Assembly: GCA_905178155.1 (NCBI GenBank)
Contig: CAJINV010000002.1
Location: forward strand, 6,118,476-6,182,475
Reading direction: 5' to 3'
Length of the DNA: 64,000 nucleotides
Origin: Amoebophrya sp. A120
Lineage: Eukaryota; Protista; Dinoflagellata
In this document: positions 12,210-23,972 of the stretch, one piece after another
Numbering within the stretch: position 1 is the first letter of the stretch
How the letters are laid out: every line of letters starts with the position of its first letter
Program-made: the position numbers and the translations under genes
The notes under the pieces: generated by a model
What the model saw: the letters and a program-made list of their open reading frames with translations, nothing else
Told to the model about the DNA's origin: nothing
Databases searched by the model: none

Positions 12210-15200
12210 TCATCCGAAATCGTCAGAAGATAAATTTTGTATCCTTTTCATCAACATTCCTACTTCGCGGCTCAACCGCAAGTTTTCCTTCAGTATTGTT
12301 TCCACCAGTTTTTCCGTACAGTGATTCGGTTGGTTGGGAAAAAACCCGCAGTGCACAGAATCGTGAAAATACGTGCTCAACAGCCTTTCCGCTGTTGTTT
12401 TCTGACTCAAACTCTCCCGCAACTTCCGGTTCTCCTGCTCCAGTTCGTTCACTTTGGCGACGAACAGGAAATTTTCCTGATCCAATTCGTTCTCGTTGAA
12501 GCTGCTATCGTTCTCGCAAAAGGAAGAGGAGGATGAAGAAGAGAGCCCTCTTCCAGGGGTTCTCGCATGGTAATTGTGTGCTCCTGTGCTGTCATGGGTC
12601 GCTCTTTCTCCAAGACCAACAGCGGCAGTGCAACTTGAACTACTTCTCCCCGCACCACCTCCGTCCGGACTGTTTCTCAGGTGTAGTTGTTGGCCTCGAT
12701 CCCGGTCCCGTTTGTTGACGAAATTCGTCATGAACTTCTTGAACTGTTCCGCGTGGCTCTGGGATTCCAGCTGTTTCCGCAATTCAAGCTTTAACTCCGC
12801 GATTTCCAAGTTCTTCTGCCTCTCCAAGGCCTGCAGCTCGATTTGGAAATCTTGTTCATCTCTCCCGGTTGGATTCGAAGTGGAGGTCGCAAACTGCATT
12901 TTCGCCCTTTCATCTAGCTGTTCTTCCAATGGACATCCATCTGAATCGTCAACATCCCTGCTGGAAGATGCTGGCGCAGCGACAGTGAGGACCTCGGTGT
13001 CCGTTCGGCTGCAGGTTGTGCCCAAGGAGATGAACGTGTCGAGCTTCACTACAGGGCCGCGCGCGGAAGATCTTGTTCCTGCACTGTGATCAGAGAAACT
13101 TGGCTCAGACTCAGGATGATTTGCCGCATCAATATTCCACCGCGGCTCTACAGTGACAGTTTTCTTCATCGCGTCGCCATTAGTGCTCGTTACTCCAGGA
13201 GCTGCTTGTGTTTGCCCTTCCTCTTCCCCAAACATAACCGCGCTCGCTTCCATTTTTTTCACCAATTCTTCGTACTTCGCACTCAACTTTTGCAGCATCA
13301 CCTGCAGGGCGAAGCAATGCTCGGAGGTCTTCTGGGTTTCGGCTTCGTGTTTCTTCAAGTGCTCCACCTGCTTTTTCAACAGTTTGTTCTCCTTTTCCAA
13401 TGAATGTCGGTCCTTCGTCAACTGCGCAAACTCGGCGATGTCCACGAGAATTGTCATGTGCTGGTCCCCTGTAGTGGTTCTTTCTTTCGGCGAGGAGAAA
13501 AGACTGATCTTGCTGTCAAGAAGCTCCTGCCCAGGGGTTCTGACATTGTGGTCAGAAGAAGCAGAAGAGGAAGAATCCTCTTGGTTAGCTTTTGGTCCCG
13601 GTTCTTGCGGCGACGGACAGTAGTTGGACTGTTTCCGCATGTAGTTTCCACTAGTATTGGTCGCGTCCCTTTCTTCCGGTCCATCAGGAGGTTCATTCGA
13701 ATCCTGCACACCTCCTTCGACCCTGCTGTCCGTGGCCACATCAACGGAAGATGACTCTTCACTCCGTTTGGTCGTGTCAGCGATCTTCCCGTCCGGACCC
13801 TGACCCGAGGACAACACTTTTGCGTTGTCTACTATGTGGTCGTCTTCTTCCGGTTTGTGATTCAAAGGAATCAAAATCTGCGTCCCGGTCTTACTCGACA
13901 CGACAGACACCCACCCCTCCAAATCTCCTGACTTCACCAAGGCTCGATTCCGGCTGTTCGTGGCGTTGACAGAGACGGAACTGTCCTCGTTATCGTTTGT
14001 TTCATTTGCATGATCGTCCACAGAAGCACCAGCCCCGTCTCCGCCCAGCTTCTTGATGACTACAACCACGCCAGCGGGTAAGTGCATGATTTTCTCACTA
14101 TCCAACGCCTCCGTTTTCCGCATTACCGCACCCCGCTCGCCGATCCGGTATTCTCCTCCGACGAAGTAGTCCTCCAAATCGTCATCGTCCGCGATAAAAT
14201 TTGTCACATTTTGGATGATTTTCGCCGTGCCGATCGAGAGAATATGCGCTGTTGAGCCGTAGAGAGAGGAAATCCACGGAGACGCAGTCGCTGTCGTAGT
14301 TTGAGGTTCCTCATCTGTTGTCGGCTTGGAGCCTCCGTTCGTTGATGTTGACACAGCGTCTACTGGGTGCAGTTCAACATGTTTTTTTCCTGTTGCTGCT
14401 TCATCATCGCCGTCTGTACATGCAGCGACAGCTGCCCCTGCTGAGGAAGCGACCGAGTCTTTGGTCTCCCCTTGTTTCATCTCCGAATCAACACTCGAAG
14501 GTTTTTTTGCAATGATACCAGTAGTGGGACAACTGTTTTTTCGCAACAATGAAGAGGAAAAAACTCCAGCAAGAACCGCTTCCTTCGTGGACCTCGAGGA
14601 TGAGCTGCAGGTTGTGGTCTCCACCTGCTGGTGGAGGTCAAGGTTATTTCCATCACAACTCGCTGACGAGCAACTGAGAGCCGGAAACTCCTGTGCTTCG
14701 GGAGTCGTCGACGTTTGTGCACCATCGTCTTTCCTACAATTCGCCAGCACCCCGGTGGTTTCATCAACTACTCGACGAAGACCGGGAGATGTCTTTCGTA
14801 TCTTCTCGTTCTCCCCCACAACATCTTCTCCAGAAGTCGCTGTGGTGTCTTGCTCTGCCGCTCGGATTATACGAGGATCTCGCTCCTCTGCGTCCGGACC
14901 TTTACCAGCAGGACGACCCGCTGTTGAGTCATTCTCCTCTTCCTCCTCGTCTCCTTCCTCAATCGTCGACGCGGCAACCTTGTCGAAAATACCGCCGAGC
15001 AGAGTCGCTACTTTGTTGTAAACAAGTGGCGACATCGTTTCCTGCAGTGGTGTGATCAAGCGAGAGGAAGAGTCCAAGGAGAGCAGCGGCGGTGACGCGC
15101 CGATGTGGGCGAGCAAATCGGACTGCTCTTTCTGTCGGTCGTGGTCCGGCGACTGTTTTTCTTCATTTTTTGCTCCGTCGGTCTTTAGGTACTTGTCCCC

Positions 15201-16004
15201 GATGTCGTCAGCGGCGAGGAGACGTTCTGGTTCCGCAGTAGCCTGAGCGGTCGCGCCAATAACAACTAGTACATCCGGGTTGCAAAACGAAGCCACATCC
15301 AACATCTCTTTATTTCTATCGTCGTGTAGTTGCTCGGTGTGCAGCTCTTCAGAGGAAACAGGAACAAGTGCGCGGCCACGGTCCCTCGTCTCCGTGTTCG
15401 TATTTCTTCCACCCGCATCTTCCGGATTTTCGGATTGAACAGGCCCTGCTACAACTTCCTGTCCGTCCTCGCTACCAGCAGGACGAGCATTTTGATGAAC
15501 AACCTGCGCAGCTTGCGGTTCTATAACTTCGTCGTCCAGCTCAATTGCTGCTTTCTCGTCGAGTTCAGGTGCGGCTGCCCCTGCAGTGTCCTCATTATCA
15601 TTGTTGTATCCCTCCGGTGAGTCGCCATCCGCTCCAACTTCCTCGATTGTTGACGAACGACGGGACAACATCACTTGCGGCTGCAAGAACAGTTCACCCG
15701 TTTCCGGGTCAAACTGAAAATTCCCTCCTGGCGCCACTGCAAACCGGAGATCGTCATCAGCATTGGTGTCACGATTCTTGCTGGTATCACTTCCGCTTGT
15801 TTCGTGTCCCCCTTGGTTTTGCATTTCGTCCGCCGCTGCATTCTTGGTGGTCTGTAGCTCCTTGTGCGATGTAAGGTTCGAATCAGGTCGTTCATCCAGC
15901 TCAGCAGCTCCACTTGCGGCGTTTTCTGCTGGTGCGACAGTTGGAGCGGCGATCGTCGGGGTGTCGGTGCTGCTCTCAGGGCTGCGTGATATGATCTCTT
16001 CCAT
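12210..16004 (-). CDS. 1264-aa acidic disordered protein with SH3b-like domain and C-terminal coiled coil
   Basis: Long uninterrupted ORF; GAVMRKTEALDSEKIMHLPAGVVVVI...RALVKSGDLEGWVS; heptad-rich C terminus. Confidence 0.75.
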   Translation of the reverse strand: MEEIISRSPESSTDTPTIAAPTVAPAENAASGAAELDERPDSNLTSHKELQTTKNAAADEMQNQGGHETSGSDTSKNRDTNADDDLRFAVAPGGNFQFDPETGELFLQPQVMLSRRSSTIEEVGADGDSPEGYNNDNEDTAGAAAPELDEKAAIELDDEVIEPQAAQVVHQNARPAGSEDGQEVVAGPVQSENPEDAGGRNTNTETRDRGRALVPVSSEELHTEQLHDDRNKEMLDVASFCNPDVLVVIGATAQATAEPERLLAADDIGDKYLKTDGAKNEEKQSPDHDRQKEQSDLLAHIGASPPLLSLDSSSRLITPLQETMSPLVYNKVATLLGGIFDKVAASTIEEGDEEEEENDSTAGRPAGKGPDAEERDPRIIRAAEQDTTATSGEDVVGENEKIRKTSPGLRRVVDETTGVLANCRKDDGAQTSTTPEAQEFPALSCSSASCDGNNLDLHQQVETTTCSSSSRSTKEAVLAGVFSSSLLRKNSCPTTGIIAKKPSSVDSEMKQGETKDSVASSAGAAVAACTDGDDEAATGKKHVELHPVDAVSTSTNGGSKPTTDEEPQTTTATASPWISSLYGSTAHILSIGTAKIIQNVTNFIADDDDLEDYFVGGEYRIGERGAVMRKTEALDSEKIMHLPAGVVVVIKKLGGDGAGASVDDHANETNDNEDSSVSVNATNSRNRALVKSGDLEGWVSVVSSKTGTQILIPLNHKPEEDDHIVDNAKVLSSGQGPDGKIADTTKRSEESSSVDVATDSRVEGGVQDSNEPPDGPEERDATNTSGNYMRKQSNYCPSPQEPGPKANQEDSSSSASSDHNVRTPGQELLDSKISLFSSPKERTTTGDQHMTILVDIAEFAQLTKDRHSLEKENKLLKKQVEHLKKHEAETQKTSEHCFALQVMLQKLSAKYEELVKKMEASAVMFGEEEGQTQAAPGVTSTNGDAMKKTVTVEPRWNIDAANHPESEPSFSDHSAGTRSSARGPVVKLDTFISLGTTCSRTDTEVLTVAAPASSSRDVDDSDGCPLEEQLDERAKMQFATSTSNPTGRDEQDFQIELQALERQKNLEIAELKLELRKQLESQSHAEQFKKFMTNFVNKRDRDRGQQLHLRNSPDGGGAGRSSSSCTAAVGLGERATHDSTGAHNYHARTPGRGLSSSSSSSFCENDSSFNENELDQENFLFVAKVNELEQENRKLRESLSQKTTAERLLSTYFHDSVHCGFFPNQPNHCTEKLVETILKENLRLSREVGMLMKRIQNLSSDDFG

Positions 16005-16088
16005 TTTTGTCTTCTAGCGCACCAGAGAACCTTTACCGAAGGAAAACTGAAGAATGCATCCAAAGCCAAGGCGTCTTCCTCTTTTCTT

Positions 16089-16475
16089 CTATTCGGTTCC
16101 TGTCACCGCGCTTGCTTTCGCCAAATTGTCCACATCCTCACGCTTCCTTTGCTTATACTCTTTCATGCATCTCTGGAACAGGCACTGGATGTCCTCGCAG
16201 TCCAGCATGTCCAGCGTCATCGTGTTCTCTCTGGCGCATTTCACGTACCTATCAAACTCGGTCTGGCAGGGCGGTGGGTCGTCCGCTTGTCGCAATGGTT
16301 GTGATTCTCTACCTGCTGCTGGTGAATTCAGTGAAAAAACCGCCTGGAGGAAACTGGAAGCTGTTGTTGCGGAGAAGAGGGTGTGATCGGAAACTGAGGC
16401 GGCAACTGAGGTGCGCGGGATGGTGGCGTCACGCGCGCCAACGCCCGGAGTCGAGGAAGAGGTGACGAAACCCAT
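16089..16475 (-). CDS. Twin CX9C (CHCH-domain) protein, probably mitochondrial intermembrane space
   Basis: C-QTEFDRYVK-C and C-EDIQCLFQR-C, both CX9C; start uncertain (16475 or upstream). Confidence 0.6.
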   Translation of the reverse strand: MGFVTSSSTPGVGARDATIPRTSVAASVSDHTLFSATTASSFLQAVFSLNSPAAGRESQPLRQADDPPPCQTEFDRYVKCARENTMTLDMLDCEDIQCLFQRCMKEYKQRKREDVDNLAKASAVTGTE

Positions 16476-18369
16476 GGAAAGCAAAACAAAACAAGTAGAG
16501 GTCACGACCTGAAAGAGAAGGTTGTAGAGTGTAGACGCGGACACTGGGTAAGAATGTAGTAGGGGCTTGCCGGAGCCGGCCACAACCATGAAATATGATG
16601 GCCAAAGGGTACCTCCACGCTTTGCCCTCAAGCTCCTCTCGTACAGAATCTCACGAACACGAAGCAAAGAGTGCAAAGAAATATAAATAGGACGCGATCA
16701 TGTACTTATCTTTCTACGCAGCGGAACAAGGAAGCAAGGAAACTACTAACTGCGTGGCCTCTATAACCGGGCCGAGAAGGCACACTAGGGGCAGCGCCAT
16801 AGCGTGTCCAGACGCCAGCGCGCCGCCAATGCAAGTAAAAGGGCCGGCCCACGCCTAGGGGGTCCCGCCGCCGGGCCGGCGCCTTGACCAATAGGCCAGG
16901 CGGGGCAGGCACAAAGGCACTCGGGCTGGGGCAGATGCGCGGGGGCCAAGACCTGCCCGGCTGCCTTGTGCAACGAACAGGGCGCAGCTACAAGCCACCC
17001 CCCAAAAAACCGGCGGGCGGGCAGGCTGAGCAGGCTCCGCGGCGCCGTCGCGCTTCTCCTCATTCGTGGGCGGCGCGGGGCAAAGAATGCGGCCGGGGCG
17101 GAGCGGTGGCGCGCGCCATGTTTCGCGCAGTCCCAGACCATGCCGCCATCTCCTTTGTGTCCAAGATCTGAGCCAGTACTGAGGTGGGCACATTCTTGCG
17201 CGCTATTATGCTCTGCAGCGCGTGGTCGGCTGCATGTGCTGCCCCAAACCCATTGCCACCCCCACCAGGGGCCGCCGCCTCGGGCCCGGCCGCCCTGGGC
17301 GCTCGCCGGTGCCTTCCTGGGGCCCCGCCATTCGGGCGCCGCGGGCGCCACAGGGGGGGGCCAAGCGGGCCACAACGGGCGGGGCGCGGGCGCGAATAAC
17401 GGCCGGACCTGCGTGCTGGCCTGTGCCCGCGGCGGCCCGTGCGAACACTAGGGGCGCCCTGGCCCCCTCCACCTTCTGCAGTCCCTGGCCTGGCCCCACA
17501 CCAAGCCGGCCGGCTGCTCATCCTGCCGAGCGTAGCGCGCTGCAGCATGACAGGCAAGGCGCTCGGTTTTGTGTGCTAGCTGGCCCTGTCCCCCGGCTTA
17601 ACTAGCGGCGCCGTCGTTCATGGCCCATGTGAACGGGTAGCCGACGCACTTGGTGGACTTAAAATAGAGCAGGATGCTCTTCGAGAACTGCGCGCGGTTT
17701 TGTCTTTGCCGCTCTAGGACGGCCGAGCACGCCCGCCGCCCGCTGACACATGGGCCGAATAAATGGCGACGGTCCACGCGCCGGCGCGAATCCAGCAAGG
17801 GACCAGGTCAACAGCCGCGGCCTGTTGTCTTCTTCCGCCGCGGCTTGTTGTCTTCAGTCTTCCCACCGATGCCCGGGGGGTAGCTCGGGGCCGGCGTCTC
17901 GGGGAAGAAGGCGCGCCCCCGCCTCCTTGGTCTTGTCAAATAAGATCCAGCACCTTACCCCGCGGAACATCATCCCAACTCCAAAGCTCTAGAGAAAGCG
18001 AGGTAGAACACTGGATGTCTGTCACTGGTCCTGGTGTCGTGAGGTTCACGATTTCGACGATTCCCGGGAGAATAAAACAACCAACTTGCGAGTTGCTCAG
18101 CTTAAGTTCAGCCACAAGCACAACGCGGCTGTTGCAATTGACATTCTTCGAGCCTTTGTGAAACACTTTTTTGGCGAAACGAAACAGCCATTCAAATTTC
18201 TGCTCCTGTTCTGAGATGTAATTTTGGTGCGTGTGCGCGGAGAGAAACAGAAAGCATGCGAATTCAACCTCGCAGGAGGTGGGGCTAGTAGTAGAGTCAG
18301 AGGCAAAATAAAAATCAAAAGTTCATAATATTAGCTTCTTCAAGAAAAATCCAAATTTCGCAGATCTCC

Positions 18370-21300
18370 TCACAGCAGAATCTCATCTTCCTCCACCACC
18401 GTACCCACCATCATGTTCGCCGTTTTGCCAGCACTGCTACCAGCTTCAAAACCAAAAGCGCCGCCTGCCACTTTCCGACCGCCAGTACCATCTGATAGTT
18501 CTGCTGGATTTCCCGGCGTCCATCGACAACCTTTGAAACCCGTGGTCAAGAACTCGCGGTCGAGATTTCTCCCGATGAAAACCATTCGATTGACCTTTTC
18601 CAGTAGACCGGCTTTATCCTTCCGGTTCTCAAACACCAACTTCTCCGTTTGCAACTGCATGTGAATTCCGTGAAATGCGAAGACTGCAAAGTTACTGCTC
18701 TTGCCCTTGCTCCCAGTCGGTTTGTTCATCAGCGGCCGTTGTTTATCTCCTGCCCCTTCCACGTCCTTCACGCACACCACGCCCTTCATGCGGAAGATGT
18801 CGACCCCTTTCGTTTTCAGCAGTTCCTGGAACCAAACATTCAGCTTCTGCAAGTCGAACAGGAACGGTTGATCTGCCTCAGCTGTAAAATCTTTTCTCCC
18901 CGCTGCTACTGCGCTGGAAGTTGTTGATGTAGTTCCGCTTGATGATGTAGTCGACGCACAACTCGCAGATAGATCGATCCCCACGCTGAAGATCGACTCG
19001 TCGTGTTGGTGGTCGGCTCCGGCTTCCAGCAGAAATTCCGGGTCCATCTCCAGAATCCGGTCGAGTTGGAACGCTTTCTGGTTTAAATATGCATTGCAAA
19101 AATGTCTGGGTCTGGAAGGATGCAACTTATCATGCTAAGTCTGGATAGTACAAAAATTTGTTTTGCATGATTACCAAAAGGTGTCCACGTTTGAACAAGT
19201 TTAGCGGCAGTTTGTCATGCAGGACAGACATGATAGGGACGTCGCAGGACCTGTCATGCTAAGTCCTGCATTGCAGACCTCATGGGGCATGGAAAATATG
19301 CATGACAAGTTTGCATTCTTCCAGACCCTGATATTTTTACATTTGGTATTAAAACTTCTTTCGCGACGTCGAGATTCTCGAACCGCACTGTCTCCTTGAT
19401 GCTCGCGACGGAATTGATCTTCCGTATCCGCTGCTTGATGCTGCTTAGAATTTTCTTCGACTCCGCGTGCGGGTTGGGCGCGTTCAATTTCGTCAGCGCC
19501 TCTTCCACAACGAGGTCGCACTTGTTCAGCAGGATGCGGTCGGCAAAGGCAACCTAATAGAAAGTTTTTTTTTTTTTTGCTGCATTGGGAGGGTGATTGA
19601 TATCTGCAGTAGGTCGCATTTTCAAATTGATTCATCACAATTCACTAGCTGCCATCGAACAAAATAAATAATTGAGAGAATTCAAAGAACAAAATCACCG
19701 GGACGTCGAGCGATAGCGAACAACATCACAACAAATTTCTTTGGGCGCAATTTATGCTACATGCATTTCGTATGCAGGTGCAGCGGACGAGGATCCGCGA
19801 GCGGCTAGAGTGGGCGCATGATCACTGTCGCATTCGCAGCGCGGCGCGGGCTTTAATGGCTTCGCAGCGGCAGCTACGGCTTCTGCTGTCGCGGTTGGTG
19901 TGTGAGCGTGGGCCTGGGCAAATTCATTGGATAAAGAACTCCAGCGCGTGGATGAAATCTTTTGATTTTTTACTTTAATCACGAGCGCATTCTCGGCATT
20001 GGGCAGGAAAAGTGCAGTTTTGCGTGAGGGCTGCAAAAGGTTTGCGTCAGTTGCGTCAGAAAAAGTCCCAAAAACCATCTCAAACTCAATTGATTTTTGC
20101 TAACATCTACAAACAAAAGTATACCACACCATCGCTATTCAAAAACCTACTCATTTGATCAAATTCAAAATCATCAACATGAACATTGCGAATAACTACA
20201 GTATGTAGTACTACGGAAAAAAAAATATCAATATCCAAATGAAATTCTACCTGTTCATGACATTCGTTTTCCACCCCCGCCGGCTTCTCCTCGTCTAAGT
20301 GTTGCAAGAAATGTTTTGCATCAATGACCGTGACGATTCCGTCGAGTTTAAAATACCGCTGGATTTCGGCGTCAACGAAAAACGTTTGCGCGACCGGCGC
20401 CGGGTCCGCGAGACCGGTGGTTTCGATTATCACGTGGTCGATTTTGAACGTGTTGCTTGTTGATATCGAAACTTTATATGAATTGCAACAGTATCATATT
20501 TTCTTGTAAGAATAGAAATTCAAATTAGATCACAAACTTGCTCGGCATTAGAAATGGAATTTGCCATGCTGGTGCAGCACCAGCTTCTTGGGAAAAAGAT
20601 GTGTCACGCATGACTGTACTTTTTCCTCGACAATTACGATACTTTTGCAATGCATACTGTGGCCGGCGGGGTTGTGTGTCCTGTTGCATCCTCGTCCTCC
20701 GTCATTCTCGACCCCGTTCGATTCAACAGGTTTTTCAAGCCTTTTATCAAATCCCCCCGTACGGTGCAGCAAATGCAGCCGTTGTTCATTTCGATCAACA
20801 TTTCCTCCCCGAGGTCTTCTTTTTGGAATATTTATGCATTGCAAAAGTATCGCACTAGTATGAATCGCATGACAAATTTCCTCAGCATGGGAAATGAAGT
20901 TTGTAATGCGAATTTACCAGAAGAAAAAGATTTGTAATGCATGATGAATGCAATTACTACGAGTACGATACTTTTGCAATTCATAATATCAAGCTGTCGT
21001 CGATCCCCACTTCGCCGAATTCATTTTATCAAATGTAAAAATGCCTGGGTCTGGAAGAATGCAACTTGTCATGCTAAATCTGAATCAGGAAAAAAACTGT
21101 GTTGCATGATTGCCAAAAGTTGTGCATTTTTGACCTAATCGAGAGGCAGTTTCTCATGCAGGATAGGCATTGGAAAGGCTTCGCAGAATCTGTCACGCTA
21201 TGTCCTACATACCAGACCTCATGGGTTATGGAAAACCTGCATGACAAATCTGGCAATCTTCCAGACCCAGACATTTTTGCAATCCATACGTTTTCGATTA

Positions 21301-23199
21301 CGGCGATTCGCTTCCTCGTCGTGTCTACTGCCAAGGACTCTGTCTTTGTAGTTCCTCCTTTTTCATCGTCTGCTACAGAAGTTCTCGTGTCTAAATTTGC
21401 GTTGGTTTCCTTCAAAATCTTGTTCAGTAGCGTAGTTTTTCCCGACCCTAGGAAGCCAGTAAGAATCGTCACAGGAATTTTCTTCGGCCTAGCTGCCGGC
21501 TTACTTTTTGCCGGAACAGCTGTAGTACTTTGTGATGCTGCTTTGTGCTCTGCTCGTTCTGCGTCCTCCTGCTGACACGCCTCGGCAACACAATGCGAAG
21601 TGGAAGTAGTAGATGTTGTTGTAATTATTTCTGGCTCTAGTAACTTAACAACAGGACCACCAAAGCCACTTTCCGGCGCCTCCGCTTCTGTTTTGCTGTT
21701 TGCAGCAACCGGAACTGCCCCTGCGCCGCTACTGCTCAAAGACTTACTCGAGCTTCGACTGTTCGCCGTGCTGGATGAACTACCAGCGCCGATTTGCGAA
21801 CTGCAATACCGCATCCGATCGAGGACAAAATCCCGGATCTCCGCTGCCGTCATTTCTTGCTGCTCGCTGTCGCTACTTGTGGTTCCAGCCGACAGTGCAC
21901 TTTTGTTGCTGTTCATCATTTCCTGCTCCTGTTCCAAGAACATCACACTCAAAATTGCTTGGTACTCCACCTTTGCACGGGAAAAAGCTTGCAAGTCCTC
22001 TAAAAGCCCAGCTCGCTGCAGGTACAGTGCGGAGATTTCCTTGCGGATGATCCCAATCACCGTGCGCCCGACCACTTTGTCCGCGGCAACCAAATCCCGA
22101 AACAACGGGAGCAAAACCTTGTTGCAAAACTGCTGCGGGTCGCTCAGGCACAGGTGCTTGTAGTTCTCGTAGGACGAGGAGGTGCTCGCATTGTCGCCGC
22201 AAAGCTGCGCTTGGATGATCTCCCGGATTGCGTGCTGCGACTTCTCTATCACACAGAAAGAAAACTACCCAGGCATATTTTCATCTGCATATATGCACAA
22301 ATTGTAAAAGCATGAAAAGAATTTTCTGTCTGGCATGTGCTAAAAGCCAACATGTTGCTAATTTTATTTTTGCAAATCAAATGCACTACCCTGCTAGGTT
22401 TTTTTTCTGCGATATTTTCTACCTTCTGCCCAGCGCGCTTCAAAAGTTGCTCAACAGACTCGAACTGAAGCTGGTGTGGCGGATGGTGAAGCTTGTTGCT
22501 CGTGGTTCCATTCGGAGTAGTAGTTCTGTTGGAGCCACCAGTTGTACCGGTATCCTCGGTATCTGACTCGTCCTTGGGCAGAAAGTACGCCTTCTCCCAA
22601 GCTTCAAACGCGCGTTGCACGCACTGCATCGCCTGGAAAAATTCCTTGTCCTTGCGCAGGCTTTTATGCATCGCAAAAGTATCGCATAGGTGGTGGTTTA
22701 TTTGCCATAGAAAATTATAACGTATATCTATGCAAAAATTTGATGATGTAATTTTGCTGATTTGATGCCTTAGGCCATAAAGTTATGCAGGACCACTGGT
22801 GGTACGATCAAGTACGATACTCTTGCATCGGATAGCTTTCCGCATTTTGCAACTCCTCCTTCCAGGCCAGCCCGGCCTGGGGGTTGCTGGATTCTCCACT
22901 GCAAATATACTTGGGTCTGGAAAGATGCAGCCAATTTGTAGTGTTGCTGGTGTCCTCTGCATGATGCAGCGATCTCTCATACGGCATCACAACACGACAG
23001 AGCTTGCTCTTCCGAGGCAGCTTCTTGCATGATCGACATTCGTAAATCGCATGAAAAATTGCCTTTCAGCACGACAAAAAATCTACTTAACCCATTATCG
23101 TCTTCATGCAACACAGATTTTGCGCTTTTACGAATTATATCGCATCGCAAACTCAGACCAAAACATATTTGCAATGCATATGGAACGGTCCACGACCAT
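18370..23199 (-). CDS. CobW/COG0523 (ZNG1/CBWD-like) G3E metallochaperone GTPase with long N-terminal extension (~871 aa); 7 introner introns plus GT-AG intron 19554-20250
   Basis: Spliced product has TGFLGSGKTT, IAVIEN|EFGEVGID, NNGCICCTVRGDL, IIETTGLADPAP, EQ|VAFADRILLNKCD, DIFRMKG, MVFIGRNLD; start may lie further upstream. Confidence 0.9.
19088..19348. mobile_element. Introner family A
   Basis: TIRs; perfect TTAAA repeat; junction KEVL|NQKAF. Confidence 0.9.
20477..20656. mobile_element. Degenerate introner family B
   Basis: TATGAATTGCAACAGTATC...GATACTTTTGCAATGCATA; flanks CTTTA/CTGTG; frame restored. Confidence 0.8.
20833..20985. mobile_element. Introner family B
   Basis: TATGCATTGCAAAAGTATCG...CGATACTTTTGCAATTCATA; flanks ATATT/ATATC. 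Confidence 0.9.
21027..21288. mobile_element. Introner family A
   Basis: TIRs; flanks CATTT/CGTTT; splits the conserved ENEFG motif. Confidence 0.92.
22247..22414. mobile_element. Introner family E
   Basis: TATCACACAGAAAGAAAACTA...TAGGTTTTTTTTCTGCGATA; flanks TTCTC/TTTTC; QKVEK|SQH. Confidence 0.8.
22665..22834. mobile_element. Introner family B
   Basis: TIRs; perfect GCTTT repeat. Confidence 0.88.
22893..23180. mobile_element. Degenerate introner family A
   Basis: Left TIR decayed (TCTCCACTGCAAATATACTTGGGTCTGG); flanks TGGAT/TGGAA. Confidence 0.8.
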
Positions 23200-23972
23200 T
23201 GTATATTGATTTATGACATTTCGAGCGGACGAGGTACCCGAACCCGTCTTTTCCAGTTGCGCGCTAGAAACAAAAATTCGAATGGCACGAAGATCAATAG
23301 AAAAGAAATACAGCCGAATTACTTGTGCAAAATGACCATGAAACCCTAGGGGAACTTAATCGCTCGTCGAGGAACATCAACATCACAGGCGTGGGGCTCA
23401 TCGAATTCATTCTGGCTCATGCTACACTTAAAAATCACATCTGTAGCGCTATCTTCTGGCCAGACCCAGAGGCCGCCGCGCTCAACTCACTCTGCTCTCC
23501 GAGGATGGAAAATGAAAAAAAATGAATAAAGTCAGTATTTACGCATTTACCTCAAGCTCAAACAGACATTTTCATTTCTTCACATATGCTCCTCCTTATC
23601 GTTGCCTATACGACTTTCCGCCTCCTCTTCATTTCCTTTGCTACGACTCGCATGCCTGCGCTTCCTCTGTTTCCTATCTCTCTCAAATCAATGCTGTACA
23701 CAACCTAAAATACGAGGACGAAGAACAAGACAGAGTAATCGGTAGCGGAAATCTCACTTCACCCAGGAGCCAAAAGATGGAAATTTTCATTTGATGTAAG
23801 AAATTGTGTACAAAATTGCGACCCGAGCTGCAGAACTGAGCCAGATGCAGAGAGGATGACAGCCATCGTGTGCTCGTCCGCTGTCAAGGCGAGCGAGTTG
23901 TAAAAACTACTGCCCTACGTACGTACTTCTACTACGATCTACACTCCTGAGCACTAGTTTACTACTTTTGTT

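Noticed and set aside
19079-19355. In-frame GT..AG alternative around the 19088 element
   Set aside because: Would delete VLNQ from a segment that parallels the CobW-family xxLNxxAF motif; most other elements lack such an option
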